Of a stretch of 64,000 nt of DNA, positions 1 to 11,485 are shown one piece after another. The first letter of the stretch is position 1. Each line of letters starts with the position of its first letter. This DNA comes from Macrostomum lignano (lineage: Eukaryota). The stretch spans positions 1-64,000 of the forward strand of contig NIVC01001255.1 in NCBI GenBank assembly GCA_002269645.1, read 5' to 3'. The notes below the pieces were generated by a model that was not told the origin of the DNA, did no database searches, and worked only from the letters and a program-made list of their open reading frames with translations. Made by a program: the position numbers and the translations under genes.

Positions 1-720
1 TGATCACAGAGTATGTCTCACATGATTACAGAGAATGTCTCGCATGATCACAGAGTATGTCTCACATGATCACAGAGCATGTCTCGCATGATCACAGAGC
101 ATGTCTCACATGATCACAGAGCATGTCTCACATGATCACAGAGCATGTCTCGCATGATCACAGAGCATGTCTCACATGATCACAGAGCATGTCTCACATG
201 ATCACAGGAGCATGTCTCGCATGATCACAGAGCATGTCTCACATGATCACAGAGCATGTCTCACATGATCACAGAGCATGTCTCGCATGATCACAGAGCA
301 TGTCTCACATGATCACAGAGCATGTCTCACATGATTACAGAGCATGTCTCGCATGATCACAGAGCATGTCTCGCATGATCACAGAGCATGTCTCACATGA
401 TCACAGAGCATGTCTCACATGATCACAGAGCATGTCTCACATGATTACAGAGCATGTCTCGCATGATCACAGAGCATGTCTCACATGATCACAGAGCATG
501 TCTCACATGATCACAGAGCATGTCTTACATGATCACAGAGCATGTCTCACATGATCACAGAGCATGTCTCACATGATCACAGAGCATGTCTCACATGATC
601 ACAGAGCATGTCTCACATGATCACAGAGCATGTCTCACATGATCACAGAGCATGTCTCACATGATCACAGAGAATGTCTCACATGATCATAGAGAATGTC
701 TCACATGATCACAGAGAATG
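1..720. repeat. 22-bp minisatellite (GCATGTCTCACATGATCACAGA)n, about 32 copies, runs off the left edge
   Basis: Period-22 tandem array read directly, with few substitutions. Confidence 0.97.
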
Positions 721-1058
721 TATCACGTGAACCCATCCGCTCTTAGTTTGATCATTGCAGTATACTCTTGTTATACGTTTCTCGTAGTATTTTTTTGCAA
801 AATTGTTTCTTTCCAGACTGTAATCGTCAGACAGACACTGCAGAGCCATGCAACAGATGGTTGGAGATGTGTTGAATGTTTAACTATTTTAGCCATCGCT
901 AAAAAGGTAAATTATTTGGATTTCAATGCAATTCAATTGTTTAGTAAAACCTGAAAATTGCAAGTAGATCGCATAACCTATGCAATGCATTGCAGAGCCA
1001 TATTTTGCATATGCTGTCCGATTTCACGGTCGATGAAAACATTTTTTACTTTTTACAG

Positions 1059-1147
1059 GTGCAAAAAGCAGTGAGTCAAGCAGATCGGCCGGAGCTGGGC
1101 CGCGGGCGCCATCCCGGTGGGCTGCGCAGGGCAACTCCGTAGCCTGA
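1059..1147 (+). CDS. Possible terminal exon of a gene lying left of the window
   Basis: Polypyrimidine acceptor TTTTTACAG ends 1058; GC-rich block stops at 1140-1142 or 1145-1147 depending on phase; AATAAA at 1155-1160. Product unknown. Confidence 0.3.
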
Positions 1148-2200
1148 TCTAAAAAATAAAAAGGCCATCCTGAGAAAGCTGAAATAGAAAAAAGAAGTGA
1201 TTACCTATGTTCTCCGCATCTGGAATTATTGTTAACGTTTTCTTTAAAGTTTAGTAGAATTCTTCTTAAATCTGGTTTCAAGCCTAACGGCTTTTTAAAA
1301 ATAAGAAAGTTTGAATAGCAAAAAACCTAAAATAACGAGGACATAGACGCGGTTAATCCATGGGTGTTTATAAAACTAAAAAACGTATTTTAAGCATCTC
1401 AGAGGCTGTCTTTTTACAGTAGGTTACGTAATGCAACCTCTAAAACGAGGTTGTTGACGATGACATGATAATTTTGAGCCTTATCTTTATTTTGCCACTG
1501 TTATTCAGTTTCTAAAGCTATTCATTGTATCAGTGACGGGATATGCTCGAATAATCCGATACGGATTTTCGATTGAAGATGTCTAACTTTTCAGATACGG
1601 TCATATGATTAATCTTGCGATACAAAATGCATAAATTGTCAAATTGAATTCCACGTTCGAATGAGGTTCTGTATAATTAGGTTTTAAATGTACATTTTGC
1701 TCGCACGCTGGGATAGATTTTCCTAAGGTAGCGTGTCATTGATAAAAATATTTTCTTGCGGTTTTAAGTTATTTTTGTCGGTGTTTTCACTTAGGCACCC
1801 ACAGTTGTTAATAGAAACAGTAATCCTATTTTTGGACTTGCGAATATCTCTAGAATAACCAAAAAAATCGAAAGATAGATCTGTCGATTTTTCTGTCGAT
1901 TTTAAATTTTAAATTTTAAAATTTTAATTTTCTGTCGATGTTTAAACTTGTTGATTTTACGAGCTACTTGCAATGAGCGCTTAAATTCTATATTTAGACT
2001 TTCTGTTCAATTGTCAAAAAATTAACTGCACATGCCCAAGAAATTTCATACTCGTATTTCAACTTTTGCATCAAATTTTAATGCTGCAACGATTCTGTTC
2101 CTTTCAGCAGTAAAACCTCGGAACTGAGGCTTAGCGATTCTTTAAGCAAAATATTTTGGTTATTTCATCTTGCGCTGCAAAAAGCGGTTATTTCATCTCA

Positions 2201-2967
2201 ATGGGCAGCTCAAGCAGCCAGCTGAAGCGTTCCAGTTCGATGTCTTCACGTCACAAATCCCGAACGTCAGTTTCTAGAACGTCATCATTGAATAATCGGC
2301 AGATGTCACTCACGTCCGCTGCAAGACCTGCACAAGCAGCCGCGTCTCGTCGGCCGCCTCCAAACGCCTGTTGGTCCGGCGACGCTCTCGACTCTTTGCC
2401 GAAACAAAAAGTCGCAGCTACGACACCGGAATTACGTCATGTGATCGAAGAATTTCGGTCTAACTGGACTCTATTCAACGCTAATATGCTAGAAGACCCC
2501 AATTCGGCTGGCAAACTTCTCCGGCCGCGCCTTGTCAAGAAGATGGAGCCAAGGCTTTTGGATTTGCCTCATGCAGATGCCAGACGATGGAAGCACGTAA
2601 AAGCCAATCTAAATAGACTTCGCTCGAATGTCACGTCCGAGGATATTGAGCTTGCCATATATTCCTTTGGCAATCTAGACCACTTTCACCGACCAAAGTT
2701 GGATGTGCTGCATCATTTACTTAATAACCATTGGCCTCGGGAGAAAGTAGAAAGATTCTACCGGGATATTCTACCTGGAATGATACGTCTGGCACTCTCT
2801 CTGCCGGACCTTTTACCTGAGCAGATTCCGTTGTTAAGCCGCGGTCGACAAGCTGGTTGTCGTCCGTTGAGCTTCACTCAGCAGCAAGTTGCCAGTCTGC
2901 TCACTCACGCTTTTTTTTGCACTTTTGTCTTCCAAGGCGGTCAATATCCAAGTATCAATTTCAATGG
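2201..2967 (+). CDS. PARG: PARG exon 1 (N-terminal disordered region and start of the PARG accessory domain)
   Basis: ATG 2201 (MGSSSSQ); FYRDILPGMIRLALSLP, FTQQQVASLLTHAFFCTF and YPSINFN match PARG-family motifs; donor GG|GTATGA at 2968. Confidence 0.9.
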
Positions 2968-3049
2968 GTATGATTTTTAATTTCTTTTCTTATGTGATTA
3001 ATTTTACTGTTTAATTATCAAGTCTTTAATATCACCTATTAAATTTAAG

Positions 3050-3144
3050 AATATTTGTGTCTGGCGAATATCAAAGGCCGTGCACTCGTCGGATTGAGAA
3101 GCTGAAGTGCATCCTGCACTACATGGATCGCGTTGTTACTGACG
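3050..3144 (+). CDS. PARG: PARG exon 2
   Basis: Acceptor TTTAAG|A; phase-consistent translation GIFVSGEYQRPCTRRIEKLKCILHYMDRVVTD matches the PARG EKLKCxxHYF motif; donor G|GTATGC at 3145. Confidence 0.88.
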
Positions 3145-3231
3145 GTATGCATTGATCCGCAGTATACCGTATAAAGGTCGTCTTATGCCATGGGTTTAGT
3201 TGACGAATGTACGTGTAAAATAGCTGTTTAA

Positions 3232-3822
3232 CAGTAGGAATACCAAGCCATTTTTCCGCCCGTCGAACTACCAAGAGGGGGGGGGATCCCCCCCTGACAA
3301 TTTTTTTGCTGCGCAGGAACGGAGCAACGCAGGCACACGAAATTCAAGAACACGGGCTGACTTTTTGTTGTGCACCTTCTCAAACAAGAATCAAGTCGCC
3401 AGTCCTCCGGACCGTCGAAATATTCGACGATTCTGCCAGAAAGTCTGATTTTTCCCATAAGCGCTAGTGTATTCAGTACACCCCTGTGCGCCAATTAGCA
3501 CTGCGCCTCAGTGCAGCCTTGCCAAGTCTCCAAATTTCATCAGCACGTCGACCACATGTGTCTGCATCAGCTCTGACTTCGTTGGTCACTAGCCTTCACC
3601 CAGGTGGAGCTTCTGGACCCTCAACAGCTGTGGCACCAGGTGACTATGGACACCCTGATGCGGATTTCTCTAGTTTCGCCGATCAAGCCTCGACAGTGGG
3701 CAAGAATCAACCGTCAGACATTCTCAGCTAGTCTCTCAAGCATTCCGTCATCATCCCGACGCCGTCGGCAAAAAATTGTCAGGGGGGGAATTTCCCCCCC
3801 GCCCCTCTTGGTAGTTCTACTG
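3232..3822. mobile_element. Non-autonomous TIR DNA transposon (MITE) in PARG intron 2
   Basis: Ends CAGTAG...CTACTG; subterminal inverted repeats GAACTACCAAGAGGGG..CCCCCCCTGACAATTTTT; flanked by TTAA at 3228-3231 and 3823-3826; internal part recurs at about 15785-16077. Confidence 0.8.
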
Positions 3823-4057
3823 TTAATGAGAAATGGGGGTGTCGTTGTTACTAGCTATTTAAATTGTTAACAAATACAATAAGCTAAGACGCAAAAGTAC
3901 AGACAAGAAGAAAAATTGTCGGTAGGGAAGTGCCGCGCGAGTGTGTCTATCTAGAACCTCTATAGGAGGATAGGACCTACATGTATAAAGCTACGAGTGT
4001 AAGCACGATATTTCATTGTTTTTTTTACAACTCCAATACTTAATATCGCATTTTCAG

Positions 4058-5091
4058 CACCGCTAGGAGTGATCACAATCAGCCGGAAATGCCTTCGACA
4101 CGGAGTTAATTGGTCGGAGAGAACTGAGCCGATGCCTGACCGATTGCACGTTTCGTCCACTGGGACAATTGAAGACACAGGTGGTGGCTTCTTGGAGGTT
4201 GATTTTGCAAACAAATTTCTTGGCGGAGGAGCTCTTGGACACGGATTGATGCAGCAGGAGATCAGATTTATGATTAGTCCTGAGCTAATAGTGACTAGAC
4301 TAGTTACCGAGTGCCTCGATGACAATGAAGCCCTACTAATTGAGGGGTTCGAGAGATTCAGCGACTACTCGGGCTATGCAGACTCTTTCAGGTGGATCGG
4401 CGATCACAAAGATTCACGACCGGTTGGTTTGGACAGACGGCGTTCATCGCACCTGGTTGCCATGGATGCGGTGTGTTTCCGAAGCTGGATTGAGCAGTTC
4501 AGTGTCTATAACATTGAACGAGAGCTCCACAAAGCTTTGGTAGCGTTCGGCGATGTAAAAGACAATAAGAGCGGTGCGCAGCAACATGGCGCAGTTGCCA
4601 CTGGCAACTGGGGTTGTGGCGCGTTCAAGGGTGATGTCAGGCTGAAATTTCTCATCCAGTTGATGGCATGCTCACTCGCCGGGCGGCCTGTGGCGTACTT
4701 CACGTTCGGTGATCAGCTGCTCCAAAAGCGCCTCGTGGAGATGCATCAGTTCCTCATAAATAATAATGTTACAGTGGGTGGCGTCTACAACGCTCTGATT
4801 GCCTACGCAGATGAACTAACACTAACTGTAAGGTCCCATCATACTCGACGCCAAGAAATGACTGCCCAGTCTGCGCCAGACTTGTTTCAATTTGTGATCT
4901 ATTACGTCCAATCAACGCGCGGTCCTTCTTTTTACGATCCAGCTGCGAATTCCAATGTTCCAATGCTGTCGACCAATGGGAAGCATCCAGAACGCATAGC
5001 GAAAACTGGTCAAAGTGGTGAGCGACAGAATTGGCAAAAGTCAGCAAAGATGTCAGGACAGTGGATACCAGAGCAAGTTCAGCACACATGA
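4058..5091 (+). CDS. PARG: PARG exon 3: catalytic macrodomain-like region, to the first in-frame stop
   Basis: Acceptor TTTTCAG|CA in phase with exon 2; motifs EVDFANKFLGGG..QQEIRF, GFERFSDYSGYADSF, AMDA, ERELHKA, ATGNWGCGAFKGD, KFLIQLMACS. Confidence 0.93.
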
Positions 5092-5793
5092 TGCCACCAG
5101 CTGGACAAAGCGGTGAGCATCAGAATCGGCAACAGCCAACGGAGATTTCAGGACAGCAGACTGACCCGAGAGCGAACGTCGGGACACATGGTGCACCAGC
5201 TGGACAAAGCGTTAGACAACACAATCAGAAAAATAAGAAGGCTAGTAAGTCAAATGGGAAGAAGAGAGGCAATGCAGAGAGTCAATCTGAAGCATCTGTT
5301 GGCTGTTTCGGCAAATCTAAACAAACAAATGTTCGTCGTAGTGTTTCTCCAAAAAAACCTGGAAAAGGTAATTGCTTAGTTGATTTTTGCATTTATTTTT
5401 ATGGATTAATTTAGTTATCAATGTGATCAATTCTCATTTTTAGCCATCTTTGCCTAAAATATAGATTTTAGCGCTCAGTTAAAGAAGTTTTCTGTACCAT
5501 TCAAGAATCTCTTCTCTGTATTGGTTTTTTCCGTCTGTTACCATGTTGATATGGCAAAAACTGTTTTTGCATTAAACTAAAGTATTTTCACACCCAGTTA
5601 AAGAAAAATTTGCTGCCTAAGACACAGAGTTTTTTACGAGCTAACTGCTGTAACAATTGGTCTGTTCAGAAAGAAAAAAATAATGCTCTGCTTTGAGTGC
5701 TCAAGAACGCTAAAAACTATATTAACTCAAGTACAGGTGAACTCAAAGCTCATATATAAATCTAAACATAATCTTAACATTTATGTTTTTTAG

Positions 5794-5960
5794 ATCGGCC
5801 GTCGTCGATTCGAGAATCGGGTAGATCAAATCCAAGCGATCGAAGATCAACAGAGGGGGAAAATGCCAATCTGGTTTCAAGTAATACGAATTCTGCAGCC
5901 AGGAGAAGAAGGCGTAAGGTTGAAGCAAATAAGAACTCTGCTTATGTTACAGATGTGTAG
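5794..5960 (+). CDS. PARG: Probable PARG last exon, reachable only in the frame shifted at about 5062
   Basis: Donor AAAG|GTAATT at 5368 (phase 1) joins acceptor TTTTTAG|AT in an open frame DRPSSIRES...RRRRRKVEANKNSAYVTDV*. Confidence 0.6.
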
Positions 5961-6895
5961 TCTTCACTCGAGTTATTAAATGTTATTAATTCAAATTATT
6001 AAATGTGATTTTACAAACTGAACACAAAGACCAACAGTAACTTTTTCAGGAACAAACGTGCAGAGTTGTTTGTTTTTTATTCAATTTGAAAGACGAATCG
6101 ATTCTGTAAGTTCAACTTTTCGATAGTTTATGCCAAAAAAGATATATAATTTCTCTTGCCGTTTTGGCGGAATTGTTTTCAACTTTGCTCAACTTTTTGC
6201 TGTCTTAATATATCCAAGCTGTTTTATTGAGTCACGGAGTTTTAAGTAAATGATCTGGGTGGAAACTGACGCTTATGAAGTTTAAATTCTAATAAAGAGA
6301 GAGTAAAAACTATCTGACGATAAGATTTACAAAATTCAGGTGCTCCGGGCTCAGCGGTGTGGTCATGCTTGAGTACCTTATTGCTGGCTATAACACTCAC
6401 ACCGTAAAAAAACTAATTAAAAAATAACAAAAAATAACATGTGACATCTGTGATCCTTTTCATCAGTTTCGGGACTGCCATTTACTTGTCGCTTACAGAC
6501 AGACCGATTGTGCCCCGCTATTAATTTTACTGATGCCGCTGTTCAGATGCTGGATGCCGGCCATAAAGTATTCCAACTCGTTTATCCCGATGTGATTTTT
6601 CTTTTGGAAGGCCTAATTTTTTTAAGTTCTTAGCCAATTTGCTAATGCAGATTTTTGTATAACATTTTCTTGCTTCAACGACCAATTTTGATAAGTTCTC
6701 TTATTACCAAGTTATACATGTAAAAAATCTTTGAGACATTCCTTTTGTTTTTTTAAAGTGCTTTCGTGTTAATTGTAAAAAGTTGTAACTAAAATAACCC
6801 TACTTTTTTAAGATAAAAATTTATCTGTTTTTCTACCAAGCATTTTGTGACTCGTCTTCTTCAATTTCAAAAACATGAAATTCAAGAAAAACAAT

Positions 6896-7325
6896 GATGT
6901 CTCACATGATCACAAAAGATGTCTCACATGATCACAAAATATGTCTCGCATGATCACAAAGTATGTCTCACATGATCACAAAGGATGTCTCACATGATCA
7001 CAAAAGATGTCTCACATGATCACAAAATATGTCTCACATGATCACAAAATATGTCTCGCATGATACAAAAGATGTCTCACATGATCACAAAATATGTCTC
7101 ACATGATCACAAAGTATGTCTCACATGATCACAAAAGATTCTCACATGATTACAAAAGATGTCTCACATGATCACAAAGTATGTCCCACAATGTCACAAA
7201 AGATGTCTCACATGATCACAAAAGATGTCTCACATGATCACAAAAGATGTCTCACATGATCACAAAAGATGTCTCACATGATCACAAAAGATGTCTCACA
7301 TGACACAGAGAATTTCTCACATGAT
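6896..7325. repeat. 22-bp minisatellite (ATGTCTCACATGATCACAAAAG)n, same family as 1-720
   Basis: Period 22; shares the ATGTCTCACATGATCACA core with the left array, same orientation. Confidence 0.95.
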
Positions 7326-7551
7326 CTGTCTGACATGAACCCAGACGATGTTTCATAGATCCCTTAGGACGTTTCACGTGTACCCAGAGAATTTCTTTTA
7401 TGATTCAAAAGAATGTCTCTCTTAGAGCTCTTTGGCCTGTTCAAATTGTATTGCAAGTGTATTTGTTCAGAAATTTGAGGTTTCTTTACCCCATCTTTCA
7501 GTTCAGCCTAAAGGCAATCTACCTCAGTCTCCAGGGCTCTCGCAGACAAAG

Positions 7552-8109
7552 ATGACGGGCAAACGGCAGCAGCCCGACCCGTTTGACTATCCGTCTTCTC
7601 TAGCATTCGGCATTATTGTTGGCTACGCGTTGGCTCTACTATTCGCGGTAATCATTGCTGCAATTCGACGCAAAAACTGCTGCAAAATTGTCGGTCCTAG
7701 CAGCGACAACTACCACTTGGTCCGCTTGGAGAGAACCGAGGTGGAACCGCTAACCTCGACGCCCGGTCGTGAAGTAGAGAGCAACACTGACTCACCAACC
7801 AGAGTTGCTAACATCGCTGTCGCCCAGACAACAGAGCCTACGGTCGCGAATGCAGATATTGTCACGGTAGAACTCGCACTCACTGGGTCAGAAACGGAGC
7901 GAGAAACTACAGCGGCAGCTGAGCCTGACGAAGTTGAAACAGAAGATGAAGTTAAAAGGCTGCGTCGCCTGACGGAGCAGCTGGACGCCATTTTGGACGA
8001 GTTCAACGCTGATGAGACAGACGACCGAATAGTGCTCGAACTCGCGCAGGAGATCGTGTCTACAGCTATACGTCAAGCTGTTGAAATTTGTCACGCCGAA
8101 AGCAATTAG
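7552..8109 (+). CDS. Single-pass membrane protein (185 aa) with a C-terminal AKAP-like amphipathic helix
   Basis: ATG 7552 inside ORF 7432-8109; TM LAFGIIVGYALALLFAVIIAAI followed by basic RRK; acidic Thr/Glu-rich linker; IVLELAQEIVSTAIRQAV near the C-terminus. Confidence 0.7.
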   Translation: MTGKRQQPDPFDYPSSLAFGIIVGYALALLFAVIIAAIRRKNCCKIVGPSSDNYHLVRLERTEVEPLTSTPGREVESNTDSPTRVANIAVAQTTEPTVANADIVTVELALTGSETERETTAAAEPDEVETEDEVKRLRRLTEQLDAILDEFNADETDDRIVLELAQEIVSTAIRQAVEICHAESN

Positions 8110-8329
8110 TTTTTTTTCTACGCAAGTACAATGGGAAGTGGTGCTCAATTTTGGATTTTTTTGTTTTGATTTTGACTTCTGTGTCAAAGCGACTGCACGG
8201 CGCTATGTACTGCTAGTCTCTTTAACAGTTGCAGAGCCTGGCCATCTTTCTGTACTTTTTTATGCCAGAAATAGTGTTTTATTAATTTTGTTATTAATGT
8301 TACAAAGGACTCGCATTCAAAGTGTCGAA

Positions 8330-8955
8330 TGACTGTCAGGGCCAATTGACTGTCGGTGACAATTGTCTGTCAGTGCCAACTGACTGTCAGTGCCAATTGA
8401 CCGTCAGTGCCAATTGACTGTCAGTGCCAATTGACTGTCAGTGCCAATAGACTCAGTGACATTTGACCGTCAGTGCCAATTGACTGTCGTTGACAATTGT
8501 CTGTCAGTGCCAATTAACTGCCAGTGCCAATTGACTGTCGGTGACAATTGACTGTCAGTGCCAATTGACTGTCAGTGTCAATTAACTGTCAGTGCCAATT
8601 GACTGTCAGTGCCAATTGACTCAGTGACATTTGTCTGTCAGTGCCAATAGACTCAGTGACATTTGACCGTCAGTGCCAATTAACTGTCAGTGCCAATTGA
8701 CTGTCAGTGCCAATTGACTGCCAGTGCCAATTTACTGTCAGTGCCAATTAACTGTCAGTGCCAATTGACTGTCAGTGAAATTTGACTGTCAGTGCCAATT
8801 GACTGCCAGTGCCAATTTACTGTCAGTGCCAATTAACTGTCAGTGCCAATTGACTGTCAGTGCCAATTGACTGTCAGTGCCAATTGACTGTCAGTGCCAA
8901 TTGACTGTCAGTGAAATTTGACTGTCAGTGCCATTTTACTTCTAGTGACAATTGT
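8330..8955. repeat. 17-bp minisatellite (TTGACTGTCAGTGCCAA)n
   Basis: Period-17 tandem array. Confidence 0.95.
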
Positions 8956-9537
8956 TAACGCCATAATTTGCTAACCATAAGAGCATCAGCTAGAAGTTCC
9001 GATTCTTCGAGATTTGTTTTAAACGGAAGCTTTGTTCATCATGCAACATTATACATTCGTCTTCTTATTATTGTGCACAGAATCTTTTTTGTGTCTTCGT
9101 ACTGACTGCATGTTTATTTTCAGTAATAATTTCTAATAGCTTGAAATGCCATCTTTTTGGGTATTAAACTTTTGCAAAAAAAATAAATAAAATCAGCTGA
9201 TTGTTGTCCTATTTATTGTACAACATTTGTGTGCCTTGTTAGCTTGTTTTGTTATATTTGCTTTGTGCTTTTAAAAACTAAATTTGTGCTTGATGCTACT
9301 TTTGTCAGTAGCGTGACGCGATTGCTCTATAGATTTTTTGACGCAGGTTTTTTTTGACATGCGCGCTGGCGGCTGTCGCACCATTTTAATAAAAACTGCT
9401 TTGCCTGGCTTCCTGTGTAGACAGAGGTTTATTGCACAATCCATTATTGGCTCAAGATTTACGAGTATTGATCATTGATGATTTTGTTAAGTTTATTGAA
9501 TTCTTTAATATAATGACACCATCTGCCGCAAGCGCAA

Positions 9538-10143
9538 AGACCATCTGACTAAAATCCCATAAGACCATCTGACTAAAATCCCATAGGACCATCTGACTAA
9601 AATCCCATAGGACCATCTGACTAAAATCCCATAGGACCATCTGACTAAAATCCCATAAGACCATCTGACTAAAATCCCATAGGACCATCTGACTAAAATC
9701 CCATAGGACCATCTGACTAAACTCCCATAGGATTATCGAACTAAAATCCCATAGGACCATCTGACTAAAATCCCATAGGACCATCTGACTAAAATCCCAT
9801 AGGACCATCTGACTAAAATCCCATAGGACCATCTGACTAAAATCCCATAGGACCATCTGACTAAACTCCCATAGGACCATCTGACTAAAATCCCATAGGA
9901 CCATCTGACTAAAATCCCAAAGGACCATCGAACTAAAATCCCATAGGACCATCTAACTAAAATCCCATAGGACCATCGGACTAAAATCCCATAGGACCAT
10001 CTGACTAAAATCCCATAGGACCATCTGACTAAAATCCCATAGGACCATCTGACTAAAATCCCATATGACCATCTGACTAAAATCCCATAGGACCATCGGA
10101 CTAAAATCCTATATGACCATCTGACTAAAATCCCATAGGGCCG
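9538..10143. repeat. 24-bp minisatellite (GGACCATCTGACTAAAATCCCATA)n
   Basis: Period-24 array; explains the repetitive ORFs 9452-9952 and 9733-10182. Confidence 0.96.
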
Positions 10144-11151
10144 TGCGATCAGATTTAAGTCCATTTTAATATATTTCGACATTAAAATGCTAAGAAAACT
10201 CTAAAACATTTAAAAATACTACTTTAAGTAAGATACAGTATATTTTAACACCTTCAATTTTTCTGCCCAATTTCTAAAAAATGAGTTCCTAAATGTTCCC
10301 AAAAATGTTGAAAAATTGACGAAAAACTTTTTACCATCTTTAAAGAAGTGATAAAATTCTACATCCAGTTCCGCTACTTTTTGCTGAGTTCCCTCCGAAG
10401 ATCACGGTTCACTCGTTTTGCCAGAATGAAGAAACTCCCAAAAGAAAAAGTCTTTAGGAATAAAATTTCCAGGATTTTTTTGTCTATCTGGGAGCCCGAG
10501 GGAAAGTTCAGAAATTTGACAGGTGCGAAGGCATTGAGAAGAATTGAATTAGGGGGGGGGGGGGGTAGCGAGGGCGTGACGGCCCAGTGCTGCCGAACCC
10601 AGCCGGTTTTGCATGCATTTGTAATTAGCCAAGCCAGCGACAAAATTTTGGCTAGCAAAGTCAAACAGGCTGGAGGGAGCTGAGGGCAGTGCAAATACCT
10701 GATGCCTCAAAATGCGCCTTGAGTACCTTGAGTACTACTCAAATGCTCGTATGGATGAATACAGTCAATACGGAACCGATTCAACTTGGGTTCTGGTGTG
10801 GTTAAGTGTTAAATTTTCTTTTTATTCAATTTCTTTTCGGGAGGGCTGCGGGCACCCTGAAGCCTTCGGCGACATTGTCTCACAACCAGGGATGAGGCGA
10901 TTCTGGCCATTCAGCTGCCTCCTGAGCACATGCAAGCCCGCCAATACTGTACACACGCTCACACACGTGCCCTGGGGTTGGACCTCACTGGTATGAATCG
11001 CATGGCAGACCTCAGCCACTCTTCATGCAAATTAAACTGGGATTAACATAGACTCGAAATTCTCGAATATTAGGATGAGTAAAGATTGGATTAGTAGAAG
11101 GGATATTGCTAGTTGAGGTAGGGAGTTTTCATGGGAAGATATGGGTCGGGG

Positions 11152-11485
11152 CAGGCGCGTCGCCTCCGGGGGGGGGGGGACAGGGGGGCCATGTCCCCCA
11201 GTAAAAACTATGGGGGGACATTCCAATGCTTTGTCCCCCCACCCTACCTTGTGACCCGTTGTGGTAATCAATATGAGTGCCTGTGGCGCCAAAAGTAGTG
11301 CCTGCGGCACCAAAATGAGTGCCTGTGGCGCCAAAAGTAGTGCCTGCGGCACCAAAATGAGTGCCTGCGGCGCCAAAATGAGCTATGACAACGCGATTCT
11401 CAAAATAATGGAGATGTAGAAATTTAGTCATGTAGAATTCTTGGCTTTGTCCCCACCCACCATAAAATCCATGGCGACGCCCCTG
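11152..11485. mobile_element. hAT-type MITE carrying an internal 21-bp tandem repeat
   Basis: Left end CAGGCGCGTCGCC, right end reverse-complements to CAGGGGCGTCGCC; 8-bp flanks GGTCGGGG / GGTCGGGT (7/8 TSD match); about 5 copies of ATGAGTGCCTGYGGCRCCAAA at 11272-11380. Confidence 0.8.

Noticed and set aside
9452-10182. ORFs of repeating VLWDFSQM / YGILVRWS
   Set aside because: Translation of the 24-bp minisatellite
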